A stretch of 64,000 bases of DNA from an uncultured Acidobacteriota bacterium (GTDB lineage: Bacteria > Acidobacteriota > Thermoanaerobaculia > Multivoradales > JAHEKO01): NCBI GenBank assembly GCA_963713825.1, contig CAVQNG010000003.1:192001-256000 (forward strand), written 5' to 3'. The notes beneath the pieces were generated by a model, which worked only from the letters and a program-made list of their open reading frames with translations, ran no database searches and had not been told where the DNA came from. Shown one piece after another: positions 47,039-58,732 of the stretch. The position numbers and the translations under genes are program-made. How positions within the stretch are numbered: position 1 is the first letter of the stretch; each line of letters begins with the position of its first letter.

Positions 47039-49056
47039 CTAGCTCGGGTCCGGTCCCTCCGCCTTGGGCTGCAGCAGCATCCGATAGGGGACGGAGATCT
47101 CGATTCCCTCTTCGTCGAACTTGTTCTTGACCCGGCGCAGCATCTGACGGCGGACGGGGAATGGCTTGTCGGGGAGCGTCTTCAGCATGAACTTGATGAC
47201 GACGCCGTACTCGGTGAACTTGTCGACCCCCAACATGACCGGTTCATCGGTAACGAAGGACCCGAACTCCGGATCGGCCCTCAGCTCTTCGGCAACCTCG
47301 AGCAGGACATCCATCGCGCGGTCGACGCTCTCCTGATAGCTGATGGGTACCTCAATCACGGCCCTGCCCCACACGTAGGAGCGATTCGTCACCGATTTGA
47401 CCTCGCCGTTGGGGATGAAGTGCACCCGCCCCTCGAGATCGCGCAGCATCGTGGTGCGCATGTTCACCTTCTCGACCCTGCCGGTCACGGCGCCGATGGT
47501 GACGAGATCACCCAACTCGTATTGGTCCTCGAGCAGGATCATGAAGCCGGTGAAGTAGTCCCGCATCAGGTTCTGCGCGCCGAAGGCCAGGGCGAGACCG
47601 AGAATGGCGGCACCACCGAGGACCGTCTTGACATCGATCCCGGCCTCCTGGAACACCAGCAGGACCCGCACCGACCAGGATCAGCACGGTGGCTGCACTG
47701 CGAAAACTCAATGCCAGCGTATCGGCCCGATTGACGGTAAGGCTGCGCTCACCTCTTCGTTTGCGAACCGTGATCCTGGCGATAGGTCCGAGCCGAAATC
47801 CTCAACAGAAAGAGAAGTGCGGCCGTGACGACGATCACGAACAGAATTCGAGGACCACGCTCCCGGAACCACCGAGCGACATTGGATGGATGGATCGGGC
47901 TCTGCAGCCAGTACAGCCTCTCCTGAGCCTTCTTGACTTCCTTGCGTTGCTCCTCGACTTGCGCCGTAACGAGACCTTCTTCTTGCTGCTGGACCTCCAG
48001 GCGCTCCTGGAGTGAGGCGAGATACTCCTGCCGCTCGGTAATTCTCCTGCGCCCTTTCTCCAGCGCTGACTCGATGGTCTTCAGATCCTCTTGCAGAGCT
48101 TCGATCTCCGCACGAGGCGCCCCGGCCTCGGTTCTCCGGGCTACCTGATCCCGCCAGTGTTCACGAGCCTTCTCGAGATTTTCGACGGCTTGCTGGGTAG
48201 TCTCGAGGAGCACCGTCTCGAATCCGATTTGCTCCTGCAATGACTCTCGGCGTTTGACGTACTCGACGACTGCCTTCTCCGCCACCTCGACGCCGGTCTG
48301 CTTTCGTTCGAGATTCCTCTGGGCTTCGACTTGAGCCGTGGTCTCCAGTCTCGGCTTGGCCTCTGGCGCAGGAACAGCTCCAGCACCGGGCACCATGGGC
48401 ATACCGGGAATCGGGGCAGAAGGACCTTCAGCGATTTCGGCAGGTGCGTCGGGCTCCGGCGTGGGAGCCGGCTGCGGCCCGCTGGGCTCGACGCCCCTCA
48501 AGGTGTCGATCGCCCGCTGTTCGCGCTCGATTTTCTTTTCGAGGGACTCGAATTGCTGACGTAGGTTGGTCTCGGTCGTGAGCTCCAGATCAGACTGTGC
48601 CTTGTAGAACCCTAAGTCCCTCTCGAGATCGCCAATCGCATTCTCAAGAACTGACCGTTCCTCGGGGTCCCCTGATTCACCCAGCTCCTCGAGCGCTTTC
48701 TTCTTCTCCTCCAGCTCTATCGAGAGGTTGTAGGTTGCGGTCCCGATGGCATCGAACAACTCCTGCTGTTCCTCGAGCTCTTCACGGACCGCCTCAAACT
48801 TGGCTTGATCGAGCTCCTTGACTCTCTCGTACCTCAGGAGCCGCTCGACATCGGAGGTGAGGTCGGCTTCCCCTGCGGTCGATTCAGCCTCGAGCTCGTC
48901 CTCCACGATCTCTTCGGTCGGCTGGGCCTCCGCATCGCTCTCGACAGCCTCGGGTGGCGGTATTTCTTCCTGAGCGTGGACCGGAACCGTCCATGACACC
49001 GTGACCAGAGCCAGCAAAACCAGAACCGAGGTTGCGAGCAGTTTCCCGAATCTCAT
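47039..49056 (-). CDS. MscS-family mechanosensitive channel with long periplasmic coiled coil, frameshifted near 47787 and 47670
   Basis: Signal peptide and coiled coil (47749-49062), linker in a third frame, MscS core 'LAFGAQNL.RD...G' and 'G.VHFIPNG'. Confidence 0.8.
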
Positions 49057-49199
49057 GATCAAGACCTCCGGCTGGACACGGGTCGAGGCACGGCGAATCG
49101 AGTCGCCGTGGGAAGGAAGCAGTGTGCCCGACGGGAATTCTAGGTCAAATCTGCCGGAAACTGGTCCTAGGGTCGTGCGGACCTACAGTCGTCCAGCGG

Positions 49200-49794
49200 T
49201 CAATGACGTCGACGAAGCCACAGATCGAAGAGCCTGGACTCGACGACCGCGTAGCCAACACCTACCGTCAGCGCCGACTGCAATCGCGATCGCCAGGGCC
49301 AGGCCTGCTCCTGGGCGAGGCCCGTGAAGTGCCGAACCGTCGCCCATGTCAGGGCGAAGGTACAGGCGCCGATCGCCAGGCCCACCAGGACCGAGCGCGC
49401 TTCCATCATTGCCTCCTCTGCGCCGACCAGAGGCCGACCCTCAGGAAGAACCAGAGGAACGCCGCGATCAACCAGCACGAACATCCCTGCGACGGGGGTC
49501 AGCAGCGACTCGGAGAGACCCATGACCACCGCCTGGGGATTGACGATGCCCCGCTCGACGATCGCCGTGACCAGTTTCATGACGCCAATCCACTGTCCGA
49601 GAAACCCGAGCAGGGCCGCGACGCTTCCCCAGAACAGAATCGAATCGATGCTGTTGCGCCGTCTCGCCGTCGAGGCTGGGGCTCATTGCCGATCAGCGCC
49701 AGGGCATTCCAGAGCACGAGACCGAGGATGACGAAGCACCAGCAGGATGACCGGCCAGATCAGAGGACCGGCTTCCATCAGAGAATCTTTTCAT
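49200..49794 (-). CDS. Membrane protein, MotA/TolQ/ExbB proton-channel-like, multiply frameshifted
   Basis: Joined frames give 'SILFWGSVAALLGFLGQWIG.MKLVTAIVERGIVNPQAVVMGLSESLLT'; AAGGAGG RBS. Confidence 0.5.
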
Positions 49795-49809
49795 GGTCTC
49801 TTCCTCCTT

Positions 49810-50572
49810 GATGCGGTCATGATCTAGCTCCACAAGGAGAGCCTCGACCTCCCGGCGCTCACTGCGTGCGGCTAGGTTGGCCAGCACGAACCAGATCAGG
49901 GCGGTCATCATCGCCACCAGAAGCCCAGCACCATCAGGAACGACATCGTGGCCATCCAGCCGGCGAAGCTCACGAACAGGGACTCGGGCGCGCCACCGAC
50001 ATTCAGCCTGAAGAAGCGCTGCAGATGGAACAGAGAATCCAGCGCCAGTGACAGCCAAAGAGGTGCCGGCGAAGAAGAGCAGGGCCCCGAGACCCGATCG
50101 GAGCCTGCGAATGTCGGCAGTCCGGGCTCGGAGGAAGATCTGGTAAAGCTTCCAAGCGGTGAAGATCAAGCGCGGCGGCGGCGAGCGCCCCAATGGGCCA
50201 CAGGAACGGACTCGCGAAACCGAGGAACTCATCGTGGGTCACGACCTTCGCCGCAGCGAGGATCTCGAAGGCGACGAGAGCGACCAGCAGGATCCTCTTC
50301 CCAGGGCCTGCCGATCTGGCCCGAGAGCCGATGATGCAGGCCCCCCAAGCCGGCCTCGTGGATCCGGGTTAGGTGCTTCAGTGCCTCCTCCGAGGTCCCG
50401 AAGGCCTCCTCTGCCCGCCGCGCGCCTCGGCCTCGTCGCATCCATGGCTCAGATGGAAATCGTAGCTGTCCTCCAGATCGGAGGCCATCTCCAGTAGGAC
50501 CCGGGTACGCGAGGGCTCGGAAATCTCCAGTTGATCCCGGGCATCACTCAGGACACGCGTGAAACGTTTCAT
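49810..50572 (-). CDS. PadR-associated membrane protein with N-terminal HAAS-like helical domain, multiply frameshifted (3' end approximate)
   Basis: 'VLLEMASDLED.Y......G.DEAEA.RRAEEAFG' followed by TM segments in other frames; ATGA overlap with padR. Confidence 0.55.
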
Positions 50573-50956
50573 CGTTCCACCTCCACGACGACATTGAAGA
50601 AGCGCTCGAAGAACTCGACTCCACTCGACAATCTGTTCGCCCAATCGGTCGCGGCCGGCCGGGGTCAATCTGATAGCTCTTGCGTTTCCGCTTGCCTTCT
50701 TCGTCGAGCCAGTCGCCCCGGATCAGCCCATCATTCTCCAGTTTGTGCAGGATCGGGTAGAGCGTGCCGTGCTTGAATCGGAACGCTCCACCGCTCTTGC
50801 TCTTCGATCTCGAGGGCCAACTGATAGCCATGATGAGGGCCCGGAAGAGAGGGCCGAGAGAATCAGGACCTCGTTGCAGCTGCGGCTCAGGCTCTGAATG
50901 TCCAGGGGCGCCCCTCGAGCCGAAGGTGCAGAAGTTGTCTTCGATTCTTCAGCCAT
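50569..50956 (-). CDS. PadR-family transcriptional regulator, frameshifted
   Basis: 'EVLILSAL..GP.HGYQL', 'FKHGTLYPILHKLE.DGLI', 'RKRKSY.I' are split over several frames. Confidence 0.8.
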
Positions 50957-50984
50957 GACGGGGAGGCTTTGCTTAGAGCTTCAT

Positions 50985-51028
50985 TATATCGACTCTCTAT
51001 ATATAGCAACACGACACATAATTGTCAA
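50985..51028 (-). promoter_or_regulatory. Sigma70 promoter with overlapping palindromic operator (likely PadR autoregulation)
   Basis: Minus strand TTGACA-N17-TATATA; palindrome TATATCG-N5-CTATATA at 50985-51003. Confidence 0.7.
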
Positions 51029-51097
51029 GCGCCGCCTACCCTCGCCCAACCCGCCAGGGTTGTGTAAATCGAATGAAACCCCTGGATTGATGAGTGG

Positions 51098-53554
51098 TTA
51101 TTCTGCCTGCAGGGCACTCGCCGGATCGACTCGCGAAGCACGCCAGGCCGGCAACGAGCAGGTCACCAGTGCCACCATCGCGAAGGAAAGAGTCACGGCA
51201 ATCAGGGTCGACGGGTCGGCTGCCTCGACTTCGAACAGGAGTCGCTGAATGAGTCTTGAAACCCAATAGGATCCGACGAGTCCGAAGATCAGACCCGTGG
51301 CGACCAGAACCATCGCTCGGGAGAGGACGAACCTCACGACCTGGCGGGCGCTGGCACCGAGGGCCATCCTCACCCCGATCTCCTGGTGGCGATCATTCAC
51401 GAAATAGCTGAGCACCCCATACAGCCCCACCAGGGCGAGCAATAGAGCGATGGCTGAGAAGACCCCGAGGGAGAGCGTCACGATCCTCGAATCGGCGATA
51501 GCATCATCGATGATCGACTCCATCGAAGCGGGCTCAGCCAGAGGGAATATTGTGGTCCTTGCGAGCCAAGATCTCACGGATTGGGCCGATCGATTCTGTG
51601 GGCGGCCCAGCGGTGCGCACTGCGAGCTTCATTCTCTCCATCGGCAGCTGCGGATACGAAGCGTACATGGAATGCCTGGGGCTGCTCCGTACAGAATTCA
51701 GACGAGCGTCGGCCGCAACGCCGATGACGCGAAGTGTGATCGGCCGGCCGGCATCCACGACGACCTCTTGTCCAATCGGATCTTGGTCAGAAAACAGCGC
51801 CCGACTCAGAGAGTCACTGAGGATCATCACCGGCTCGCTTCGCGGACCATCGCTGGCGGTGATATCTCTACCAGCCAGGAGCGGAATCTCCATGGTTGCG
51901 AAGTAGCCGGGCAACATGAGGCGGAAGTCGGCCGAAATCCTGTTGTCACGCGATTCAGGCGGTTGACCGACCGGGTGGATGTAGGTGTCGCCTGCGCTAT
52001 CGCGAATCGGCAGGCGGTTGACCAGGCCGACACCCTCCACACCGGGCAGGGCTTGCACCTCCTCGGCCAGCGAGGTGAAGAAAGCGATCCTCTGTGCTGG
52101 CTCGGGATAGTCCTCCTCGGGAAGCTCCACCTCCGCAGTCAGGAGGTTGGTGGCCTCGAAGCCGAGGTCGACCTCCATCTGATTTGCCAGGCTACGCATC
52201 AGGAGTCCCGCGCCGATCAGCAGCACGACCGATGCGGCAACCTGTAGGACCACGATTGCATTGCGCAAATGAGTTGTTCTGCGATCCGAGGTCGTCCGTC
52301 GACCGCCTGCACTCAGGTGCTCTGAAAGCTCGATGGCAGAGGCGCGAAGGGCTGGGATCACTGCGAAGATGATGCCGGTGACGACAGAGACTGCAAGAGT
52401 GAAAACGAGGACCGGCGTATCGATCGGTGGTCGGTCGATTCCCAGTCTTCCCATGGGAAGAAGCCGGGTCAGAAGACCCTGAAACAGATGCGCCAGACCG
52501 AGCCCCACGATCCCCGCCCCGAGCGCCATCATCATGCTCTCGGTCAGGAGCAGGCGAACCAGACGCCAGCGAGAGGCCCCCATGGCCGAGCGAACCGCAA
52601 TCTCCGAGGTACGACTCTGTCCCCTCGCCAGAAGCAGGCTGGAGGCATTGCCGCATGCCAACAGCAACACCAGAGCCGCGGCTGCCATGAGCATCAACAG
52701 GCTCCGGCGAACGTTCTCCACTAGAGCTTCGTGAAGTCCGGTCAGAAGCAACGCCTTGTTCTCATTGGTTTCCGGATACAGTTCTTCGAGTCGCTCCGAG
52801 ATACCGTCCATCTCGGATTGGGCCTGCCGCAAGTTGACATCAGGCTTCAGCCGCCCAACGACGACGAAATTGTGAAATCGCCGAGCGTTGGCAGCTGGGC
52901 CGTCACGATAGGTGAGACGCCAGATGTCGGACTCCCGCAAGAAGTGAAACCCTGCCGGCAGGACTCCGACGACGGTATGAGGGCCACCAAGACTCAAGGA
53001 AAGGGTGCTTCCGATCGCCTCCGGAGAGCTACCGAACCGGCTCTGCCAGTACGAGTGACTGATGAGGAGTACGGAATCATTTCCGGCCACCGCTTCTTCC
53101 TCGGTGAACAACCGACCTGCGACCGGATCGACCCCGAGAGTCTGAAGGAGGTCCCAGGTCACGAGGGTGCCTGTTGCCCGCTCCGGCTCGGACTCTCCCA
53201 GAATGGTGATCGGAATCGTGAAGTTGGACAGCGCTGCCAGCGACTCGAACGACTTGCTCTGTTCTCGATAGTCGTAGTAGTCGTACCCTGAAACCTGTGG
53301 AATCAGGCCATCGCCGTCAGTGCCTCTGCCGAGGACCAAACGGTCTGGCGCCTCGTAACGGAGCTTGCTCAGGAGCACGGCATCGATGGTGCTGTACATG
53401 GCGGTTGTCGCACCGATCCCGATAGCCAGGGTCAGCACCACGATCAAGGTGAAGCCGGGGCGCCGGACGAGGTTGCGCAGGCCGAACCGAATGTCGGCAC
53501 CAGATCTGTGAAGATGCCAGAGCGCGATGGGTGTCGAGGCTGATTGGTGCTCAT
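51098..53554 (-). CDS. ADOP-type duplicated ABC permease (MacB_PCD/FtsX x2), frameshifted near 53500 and 51540
   Basis: 'DIRFGLRNL.RRPGFT...LTLAIGIGATTA', 'LACGN..LLLAR', 'EIGVRMALGA', 'PAWRASRVDP..AL.AE'. Confidence 0.85.
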
Positions 53555-53788
53555 GTCGAGGCCCTCTTGTGCCGAATGGAATCAGGGATGAGCTGCCATC
53601 GATATGGCATTGAGAGCAAGATGCAGGCCAAGAGGCTGGATGCCCTGAACGCAAGGATCTCCTGGATATGGCGGCCAGGGAACGTCCCAACTCCGAACAC
53701 GGCCCGAGCGCTTCCGAACAGCCAGTCGAAGCAGCGCATAGAATCGACCAGCACTCGGTGGAAGGCCAGTGAGTGACGGGAAGACCCG

Positions 53789-55099
53789 ATGACCGAGAAG
53801 AAACCCACGACTTCGTCCCTCGGACGTATCGTCAAGATCGGCAGCCTCATGGGGCGGGTCGGCACCTCCGTAGCGACTGAGCGAGCTATCGACTTCGCCT
53901 TCTCGGGGCCCACCAAGCAGCTGCGCCGGACCGAGAATCTGGTCAAGAACGCGGCACGCATCGTCGAGACCCTGGGAGAGATGAAGGGCGCCGCCATGAA
54001 GGTGGGTCAGATGCTCAGTCTGCACGAGTCCATGCTGCCCCCCGAGGTGGCCGAGGTCCTGTCCCTCCTGCAGCAGAAGGCCCCCAGCGTGCCCTCCGAG
54101 GTCATGCGCTATGAGGTCGAAGGCGCGCTGAAGGCGCCGATCGGAGAGCTCTTCGCCGACTTCGATGAAGAGGCCTACGCCTCGGCTTCCATCGGGCAGG
54201 TTCATCGAGCCACGTTGAAGGATGGTCGCCCGGCGGCCGTCAAGATCCAGTACCCGGCCATCGACCGGATCGTCACCGCCGATCTCAAGAACCTGAAGCG
54301 ACTCTTCCAGTCGCTGTTCAGCATGTTCTTCAAGGCCAACTTCGAGCCGCTCTGGGTCGAGGTCCGGGATCGCCTGCTGGAAGAGCTCGACTACGAGCAC
54401 GAAGCCGAGAACATGCGGCAGATGGCGGGACTCTACGCCGAGGTACCAGAGATCGTGATCCCGCAGGTCATCGAGGAGCTGAGCACCAAGAACGTGCTGA
54501 CGATGGAGTTCGTCGGAGGCATCAAACCGCGCGAGGCGATCTCTGACCGTTATCCCCAGGAGCTCAAGAACGAGTGGGGCCGAGTGCTCTTCGAGTTCCA
54601 GGTGCGGGGGCTGTTCCATGACCGCCTCCTGCACGCCGATCCGAATCTGGCCAACTTCGCCTTCCTCGACGACGGCAGGGTCGTGGTCTACGACTTCGGC
54701 TGCATGAAGCGGATTTCCGAAAAGATCGCCACAGGCTACACCGCTCTCGTTCGTGCTGTTCTCGATGACCAAAGAGAGGACATACCCGACCTGCTCTTGG
54801 AGCTGGGTGTCTTCCAGACCGGACCGGTAGCCATCGGCCAAGACATCATCGACCCCTACTTCGATCTGCTCCTGGAGATGGTGCGGGAGGATCCACCCTA
54901 CGTCTTCGGTGAGGACGAGCGATTCTACGAGAAGATCATGGAGCTCGGCGCCGCGAACTGGACGCAGTCGATGGATGCCCACTTCCCCGAAGACATCATC
55001 TTCATCGACCGGTCCTTCGCCGGTCACTTCGGCAACCTCACGACGCTGCGGGCGCAGGGCCCGTGGCGCGAGATCGCGGACAAGTACACGCGTGACTGA
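53789..55099 (+). CDS. ABC1/AarF/UbiB-family atypical kinase
   Basis: 'MKVGQMLS', 'ASASIGQVH', 'VKIQYP', 'ELDY..EA', 'HADPN', 'DFG'. Confidence 0.92.
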   Translation: MTEKKPTTSSLGRIVKIGSLMGRVGTSVATERAIDFAFSGPTKQLRRTENLVKNAARIVETLGEMKGAAMKVGQMLSLHESMLPPEVAEVLSLLQQKAPSVPSEVMRYEVEGALKAPIGELFADFDEEAYASASIGQVHRATLKDGRPAAVKIQYPAIDRIVTADLKNLKRLFQSLFSMFFKANFEPLWVEVRDRLLEELDYEHEAENMRQMAGLYAEVPEIVIPQVIEELSTKNVLTMEFVGGIKPREAISDRYPQELKNEWGRVLFEFQVRGLFHDRLLHADPNLANFAFLDDGRVVVYDFGCMKRISEKIATGYTALVRAVLDDQREDIPDLLLELGVFQTGPVAIGQDIIDPYFDLLLEMVREDPPYVFGEDERFYEKIMELGAANWTQSMDAHFPEDIIFIDRSFAGHFGNLTTLRAQGPWREIADKYTRD

Positions 55100-55137
55100 C
55101 TTCGACCGCTCAGCTCGACACGGAGAAGACTGCCTCG

Positions 55138-56154
55138 ATGACTGCCTCGGCCCCTGACCCTGCTCCACGACCCAGCCTCTCGGTCGTGTTGCCCACGATC
55201 GACAACTATCAGCGAATCGAGAAGACCCTCGAGCACTATCGGGGCCAGACAGCTGGCGCCGAAATCGAAGTCTTGATCGTCGCCTCCTCCAAGGAGGTCC
55301 TGCAGCTCGACCCGGTTGTCGCCGAGGGGTTCTTCGACTTGAGGGTGATCGAGGTCGGAGAGATCCACTCCCTCTCCGCGGCGAAGGCCCTCGCCGTCGC
55401 TCAAGCCAAGGCCGACTGGGTGGTCTTCGGTGAGGATCACTCCTGGCCGGAGCCAACATGGGCGGAGGCGCTCATCGCGGCCCACGGCGAAGGCTATGTA
55501 CTGGTTGGCCCCATCATCAAGAACGCCAACCCGGGCTCGATTCTCAGTTGGACGAACTACCTGGCCTGCTTCAGTCGCTGGAGCCATTCAGGAATGGCCG
55601 GCCAGGTGCCACAAACACCCTGGCACAACACCTCCTATCGTCGAGCGGACCTCATGGAGAGACAGGACAACTTGCGGCGTCTCCTCGCGGTAGAGGGCAT
55701 TCTGCAGGACGAGTTGCGGGAGAAGGGACACCGGGCGTACCTGCTCCCCGATGTCTCCACGAACCACATCAATATCTCCCGCTTGTCGTCCTGGATCCTG
55801 CAAGCGTTCTGGGGAGGCAAGCTCTACGGAGGCTCGAGGGTCGAGGGCGAAGAGTGGGGCTTCCTGCGCCGCTTGGTCTACGTCTGCGGCGCGCCTCTCA
55901 TTCCCATCGTCCGGTTGAAGCGCCTTCTGCCTGAAATCCGGCCGTTGACTCAGCAGAACTCGCTGATGCCCAAGATCCTGCCGGCCCTGGTGCTCAACCT
56001 CCTTATTCATGCTCTGGGCGAAGTCACCGGCTATGTCCTGGGCAAGGGCGATGCCGAGAATCAGTACCTCGAGTTCGAGGCCCGTCGGTTCGAGGCGATC
56101 TCGGAGAAGGACCGCAAAGAATTGGGCGTTCAGGTGCCGCAGTCTGTTCAGTGA
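55138..56154 (+). CDS. Glycosyltransferase family 2-like protein
   Basis: 'LSVVLPT', 'VVFGEDH' (DxD-like) and C-terminal membrane helices. Confidence 0.75.
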   Translation: MTASAPDPAPRPSLSVVLPTIDNYQRIEKTLEHYRGQTAGAEIEVLIVASSKEVLQLDPVVAEGFFDLRVIEVGEIHSLSAAKALAVAQAKADWVVFGEDHSWPEPTWAEALIAAHGEGYVLVGPIIKNANPGSILSWTNYLACFSRWSHSGMAGQVPQTPWHNTSYRRADLMERQDNLRRLLAVEGILQDELREKGHRAYLLPDVSTNHINISRLSSWILQAFWGGKLYGGSRVEGEEWGFLRRLVYVCGAPLIPIVRLKRLLPEIRPLTQQNSLMPKILPALVLNLLIHALGEVTGYVLGKGDAENQYLEFEARRFEAISEKDRKELGVQVPQSVQ

Positions 56155-56209
56155 CTTGGTGAACCTTGGTGAGCATTCTCCGTAGTACGCAATGACGGGC
56201 TGGAGGGGT

Positions 56210-58690
56210 ATGTCTCAGCTTTCGCACGACCTGCGCGCATCTATTCGTAGCATCCGCCGTCGGCCGATCATTCCGATCGTGGCGGTGACCATTCTGGCGC
56301 TCGGCCTGGCGGCCTGCATCGCTGTCTATACCTACATCAACGGATTCCACCAGTCCTTCCCGGGCGCCGAGGCCCGGGGCCTCGTGCGGGTCTTCGAGGT
56401 CGAGCCCGAAGAGCCTTACGAGGACATCGCGTACCTGGACTTCTTGGACTACGCAGAAGCCAACGACTCGTCCTCCGAGGGTGCGTTCGAAGGGCTTGCC
56501 GCCGCGCAGGCCTACTATGCGGCCAGCGTTCGTCACGCTACCGAAACAGGCGTGGCCTTCCTCGAAGCGGTCTCGGGCGATTACTTTCGCGTGCTGGAGA
56601 TCGAGATGGGGATCGGTCGTGGTCTAGCAGCTAATGACGATCGCCCGGGAGCCGATCCGGTCGCAGTCCTGTCTCACAGCTGGTGGCAGCGCAGCTTCGG
56701 CGGTGAGGCTTCGGTTCTCGGCAGTACCCTCTATCTCAATAACCGGCCGTTCACTGTTGTCGGCGTTGCGGCGCCGAGCTTCCTGGGATCGACCTCAGAC
56801 ACTCGACCCGACGTTTGGATTCCGATCGAGCCGTTCCAAGACCGCTATACCTCCTGGGCCGCCCTGGCTGAAGACCGCAACATACCCCTCATTCGCGTCT
56901 TCGGTCGCCTACGGAACGGTGTCCGAAGGGACACAGCACTCGACCAGCTGTCCCTCATCGCCACGGGGCTCGAGGAGGCCTACCCGAGACCGAATTCGCC
57001 ACGACGACTGAGCCTGGGCAAGGCCACCTGGATCGACCCCCGCGATCGGGTCGCCGAGCAACCGACTCTGCGGCTCATGATGGTGGCGGCCGGGGTACTG
57101 CTGCTGCTCACCTACGCCAACGTGGCGAACCTGCTCCTGTCGGTGGCCTTGCGGAAGCAACAGGAGCTGGCGATGCGGGCCGCCCTCGGAGCCTCGAGAG
57201 CAAGGCTCCTGCGACAGGTGCTTACCGAAAGCGTTCTTCTGTCGACCATTGCGGGGGTGATCGCCCTGCTGCTGACTGGCCCGCTGACTACTCGCCTCGG
57301 GTCCTACTTCGCCCGACCCAGCGTCTGGGGAGCTAATGTGTCGCGGGAGGTCTCTGTCGATTGGCGCGTCATCCTCTTCGCGCTCGTCATTTCCGTCATT
57401 ACCGGGATCGTGGCGGGACTGTTGCCGGCACTTCGCGCCTCCGGGCGAAACCTGATGCCCACGCTGCAGACCGACTCGGTTATGTCTGGAGGCGGACACC
57501 ATCGGCTCTGGGGTATACGGCTCCCCGGCCTGCACGATCTGCTGGTCGCGTCCCAGGTCGCTCTCTCCGTCGTCCTCCTGGTGGTCGCGGGCCTGGTGGT
57601 GCGGACTCTCTCCAACGTCAGCAGCTTGGATCCGGGCTTTTCCTACGAGAGTCTCGTGGGCACTCACATCTCGACGAGCAGCACGCAGTTGGAGCCTGAA
57701 GGACGGGAGCAGTTCTTCGACGAACTGCGGGAGCGCCTCGCCGAGGAGCCCTGGGTCGACGCTGTTACCCTCTCAGACAACGCCCCCCTTTCCGGACAGC
57801 GCTCAGCCGAGATGCGGGTGGAGGGTCAGGAGGATCCCGTCTCCATCCTTCAGTCGAAGGTCGTGCCGGGATTCTTCGAGACCCTCGAGATCGACCTGGT
57901 CAGCGGACGGAGCTTTCTCGACACCGACGATGCCGAGGCCCCCGACGTGGCCGTGATCAACGAAGAGCTGGCGCAGCGCTTCTTTGCCGACAGGGAGGCG
58001 GTCGGCGGGCGACTCTGGGAACCCGCAATGGACGAGGAGCCCGAACGCGAGTACGAGATCGTCGGTGTCGTACGCAACGCCAAGCCCGAGGACTTCCTCG
58101 CCGATGCCCCGGCGGTGGTCTACTTTCCCTACGCCCAGCAACGCTACCCGACAGGCAGCGCGCTTCTCGTCTCCACGAGGATGGACCCAGCGCAATCGCT
58201 ACCGCTCCTCCACCGGTGGCTGCGTGACTTCGAACCCTATCTCGCCATCGTCAACGTCCTGCCCTACACCGAGGTCGTGAGGGGCTTCCTCTACACCCAG
58301 CGGATGAATGCCGAGATGTTCTCCGCCCTGGCATTTCTCGGGCTGGCCCTGGCGGCGATCGGCATCTTCAGTGTGGTCAGCCTAGCGGTGAGTCGACGGA
58401 CACGGGAGATCGGCGTCCGCATGGCCCTCGGAGCCAAGCGCTCCGACGTTGGCCGACTCATCCTCCGCCGTGCCCTGACACCGGTGATCTTCGGGCTGGT
58501 CGTCGGCTTGGTCGTCTCGCTCGGAGTCACGCGCCTGCTCCAGGGACTTCTCTTCGGAGTCGAGCCCACGGACCCCCTGAGCCTCGCTGCCGGTGCCTTC
58601 TTTCTGGTCGCCGCCGCGACGCTGGCCGCCTACCTCCCGGCCCACCGAGCCGCCAGGGTCGACCCGGTCGCCGCTCTGCGCACTGAGTAG
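56210..58690 (+). CDS. ADOP-type duplicated ABC permease
   Basis: 'HDLRAS.R', 'ANVANLLL', 'RRTREIGVRMALGA', 'PAHRAARVDPVAALRTE'. Confidence 0.9.
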   Translation: MSQLSHDLRASIRSIRRRPIIPIVAVTILALGLAACIAVYTYINGFHQSFPGAEARGLVRVFEVEPEEPYEDIAYLDFLDYAEANDSSSEGAFEGLAAAQAYYAASVRHATETGVAFLEAVSGDYFRVLEIEMGIGRGLAANDDRPGADPVAVLSHSWWQRSFGGEASVLGSTLYLNNRPFTVVGVAAPSFLGSTSDTRPDVWIPIEPFQDRYTSWAALAEDRNIPLIRVFGRLRNGVRRDTALDQLSLIATGLEEAYPRPNSPRRLSLGKATWIDPRDRVAEQPTLRLMMVAAGVLLLLTYANVANLLLSVALRKQQELAMRAALGASRARLLRQVLTESVLLSTIAGVIALLLTGPLTTRLGSYFARPSVWGANVSREVSVDWRVILFALVISVITGIVAGLLPALRASGRNLMPTLQTDSVMSGGGHHRLWGIRLPGLHDLLVASQVALSVVLLVVAGLVVRTLSNVSSLDPGFSYESLVGTHISTSSTQLEPEGREQFFDELRERLAEEPWVDAVTLSDNAPLSGQRSAEMRVEGQEDPVSILQSKVVPGFFETLEIDLVSGRSFLDTDDAEAPDVAVINEELAQRFFADREAVGGRLWEPAMDEEPEREYEIVGVVRNAKPEDFLADAPAVVYFPYAQQRYPTGSALLVSTRMDPAQSLPLLHRWLRDFEPYLAIVNVLPYTEVVRGFLYTQRMNAEMFSALAFLGLALAAIGIFSVVSLAVSRRTREIGVRMALGAKRSDVGRLILRRALTPVIFGLVVGLVVSLGVTRLLQGLLFGVEPTDPLSLAAGAFFLVAAATLAAYLPAHRAARVDPVAALRTE

Positions 58691-58732
58691 CGGTACCACC
58701 GCGCTTGAGAGCACCCCAGTCGAGGCGGGAGC

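Noticed and set aside
53531-53776. 81-aa ORF upstream of the ABC1 kinase
   Set aside because: Overlaps the inferred ADOP start, has no clear RBS or motif, and probably spans promoter sequence.
53582-55459. Long antisense ORFs (also 7357-8835, 13135-14277, 348-1352)
   Set aside because: Shadow frames of clear genes in high-GC DNA, with no recognisable motifs.
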